From a virus (lineage: Duplodnaviria; Heunggongvirae; Uroviricota; Caudoviricetes), in the IMG/VR virus record IMGVR_UViG_3300026224_000013, positions 1 to 5,697 of that record: DNA of 5,697 nt. One strand, 5' to 3'. Shown one piece after another: positions 5,084 through 5,697 of the stretch. The position numbers and the translations under genes were made by a program. Under the pieces are notes generated by a model, which saw nothing but the letters and a program-made list of their open reading frames with translations, was not told the origin of the DNA and searched no databases. Every line of letters starts with the position of its first letter. Position 1 is the stretch's first letter.

Positions 5084-5449
5084 ATGTCTGAACCCTTATC
5101 CGGTTCCGGCACGGCTGCGGCGCTCGGCGGGGCGACGGTATTCGGGCTGTTTACCGGAACGGATTTCGGGATTGTGTTTGGTGCGTTCGCCGGGGCGTTG
5201 TTTGTGGCAACGATGCCGCAGAAGATTTCAGCCTGGCGTGTGGCGGCACATTTTCTGGTGTCGTTCATTGTTGGTGTACTGGGGGCGCGTGTACTGTCAG
5301 CCTGGATTGCATCAAAAACAGGTTATGACGGTACATCTGCGGAGGCACTGTGTGCGGTGCTGGTGGCGGTGGGGCTTAATCTGCTGTTCTGCGTGCTGGT
5401 GATACGTGCACGCGGGAACGTTTCAAAAATCCTTTCATTCCGGAGGTGA
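5084..5449 (+). CDS. Putative holin (121 aa, multi-TM, Gly/Ala-rich)
   Basis: ATG 5084 with AGGAG RBS (5072-5076). Three to four hydrophobic segments and a charged C-terminus (RARGNVSKILSFRR). Stop TGA 5447-5449 lies 2 nt before the endolysin ATG. The track ORF start at 5042 sits inside the upstream hairpin and is rejected. Confidence 0.6.
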   Translation: MSEPLSGSGTAAALGGATVFGLFTGTDFGIVFGAFAGALFVATMPQKISAWRVAAHFLVSFIVGVLGARVLSAWIASKTGYDGTSAEALCAVLVAVGLNLLFCVLVIRARGNVSKILSFRR

Positions 5450-5451
5450 GC

Positions 5452-5697
5452 ATGTCGGGTAAATTCAGATTCAGTCGTCGCAGTGAAAAAAATCTGGAGG
5501 GCGTCAAACCACAGCTGGTTGCTGTCGTTCGCCGTGCCCTTGAGCTGACGGAGGTTGATTTCGGTATTACGGAAGGGCTGCGCACGAAAGAACGCCAGAA
5601 ACAGCTGGTCGCGGAAGGGAAAAGCCAGACCATGAACAGCCGCCACCTGACCGGTGATGCTGTGGATGTTGTGGCTTATGTTGGCAGCCAGGTGTCA
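5452..5697 (+). CDS. Endolysin, peptidase M15 family (L-alanyl-D-glutamate peptidase / VanY-like), 5' partial (82 codons, runs off the window)
   Basis: Translation MSGKFRFSRRSEKNLEGVKPQLVAVVRRALELTEVDFGITEGLRTKERQKQLVAEGKSQTMNSRHLTGDAVDVVAYV... contains the SxHxxGxAxD zinc-binding signature (SRHLTGDAVD) typical of M15 peptidases. GGAGG RBS upstream. Confidence 0.8.
   Translation, partial: MSGKFRFSRRSEKNLEGVKPQLVAVVRRALELTEVDFGITEGLRTKERQKQLVAEGKSQTMNSRHLTGDAVDVVAYVGSQVS

Noticed and set aside
4633-5646. Track ORFs 4633-4986(+), 4798-5013(-), 4929-5402(+), 5068-5268(-), 5323-5646(-) and 5376-5633(-)
   Set aside because: These are GC-rich alternative-frame or antisense ORFs over the TerB-like, small membrane, holin and endolysin genes. 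Their products are Arg/Trp/Cys-rich, typical of out-of-frame reads.

Overview
This window reads as a co-directional (+ strand) segment of a lambdoid prophage or phage genome, running from the nin/accessory region through the late-gene regulator into the start of the lysis cassette. In order: a strongly AT-rich orphan ORF of 241 aa (172-897) with no family I can recognise; a complete hok/mok/sok-type type I toxin-antitoxin locus (about 1097-1562) with promoter, in-frame Mok leader ORF, antisense Sok region and 3' hairpins; a 57-aa ORF; three overlapping, translationally coupled genes (DUF1367-like, YbcO/DUF1364-like, Q-like antiterminator); a candidate pR'/tR' pair and an extremely AT-rich tract; two tandem tRNA genes (anticodons UGU/Thr and UCC/Gly); about 560 bp of hairpin-rich non-coding DNA; a TerB-like protein with an overlapping GTG-start 50-aa membrane ORF; a hydrophobic holin-like protein; and the 5' part of an M15 peptidase-type endolysin. 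The best candidates for something undescribed are the compositionally foreign 241-aa ORF beside hok/sok, the structured non-coding block in the Q-to-lysis moron site, and the TerB-like plus mini-membrane pair ahead of the holin. All family assignments are from reading the translations and recalled family signatures; no database search or folding computation was run.
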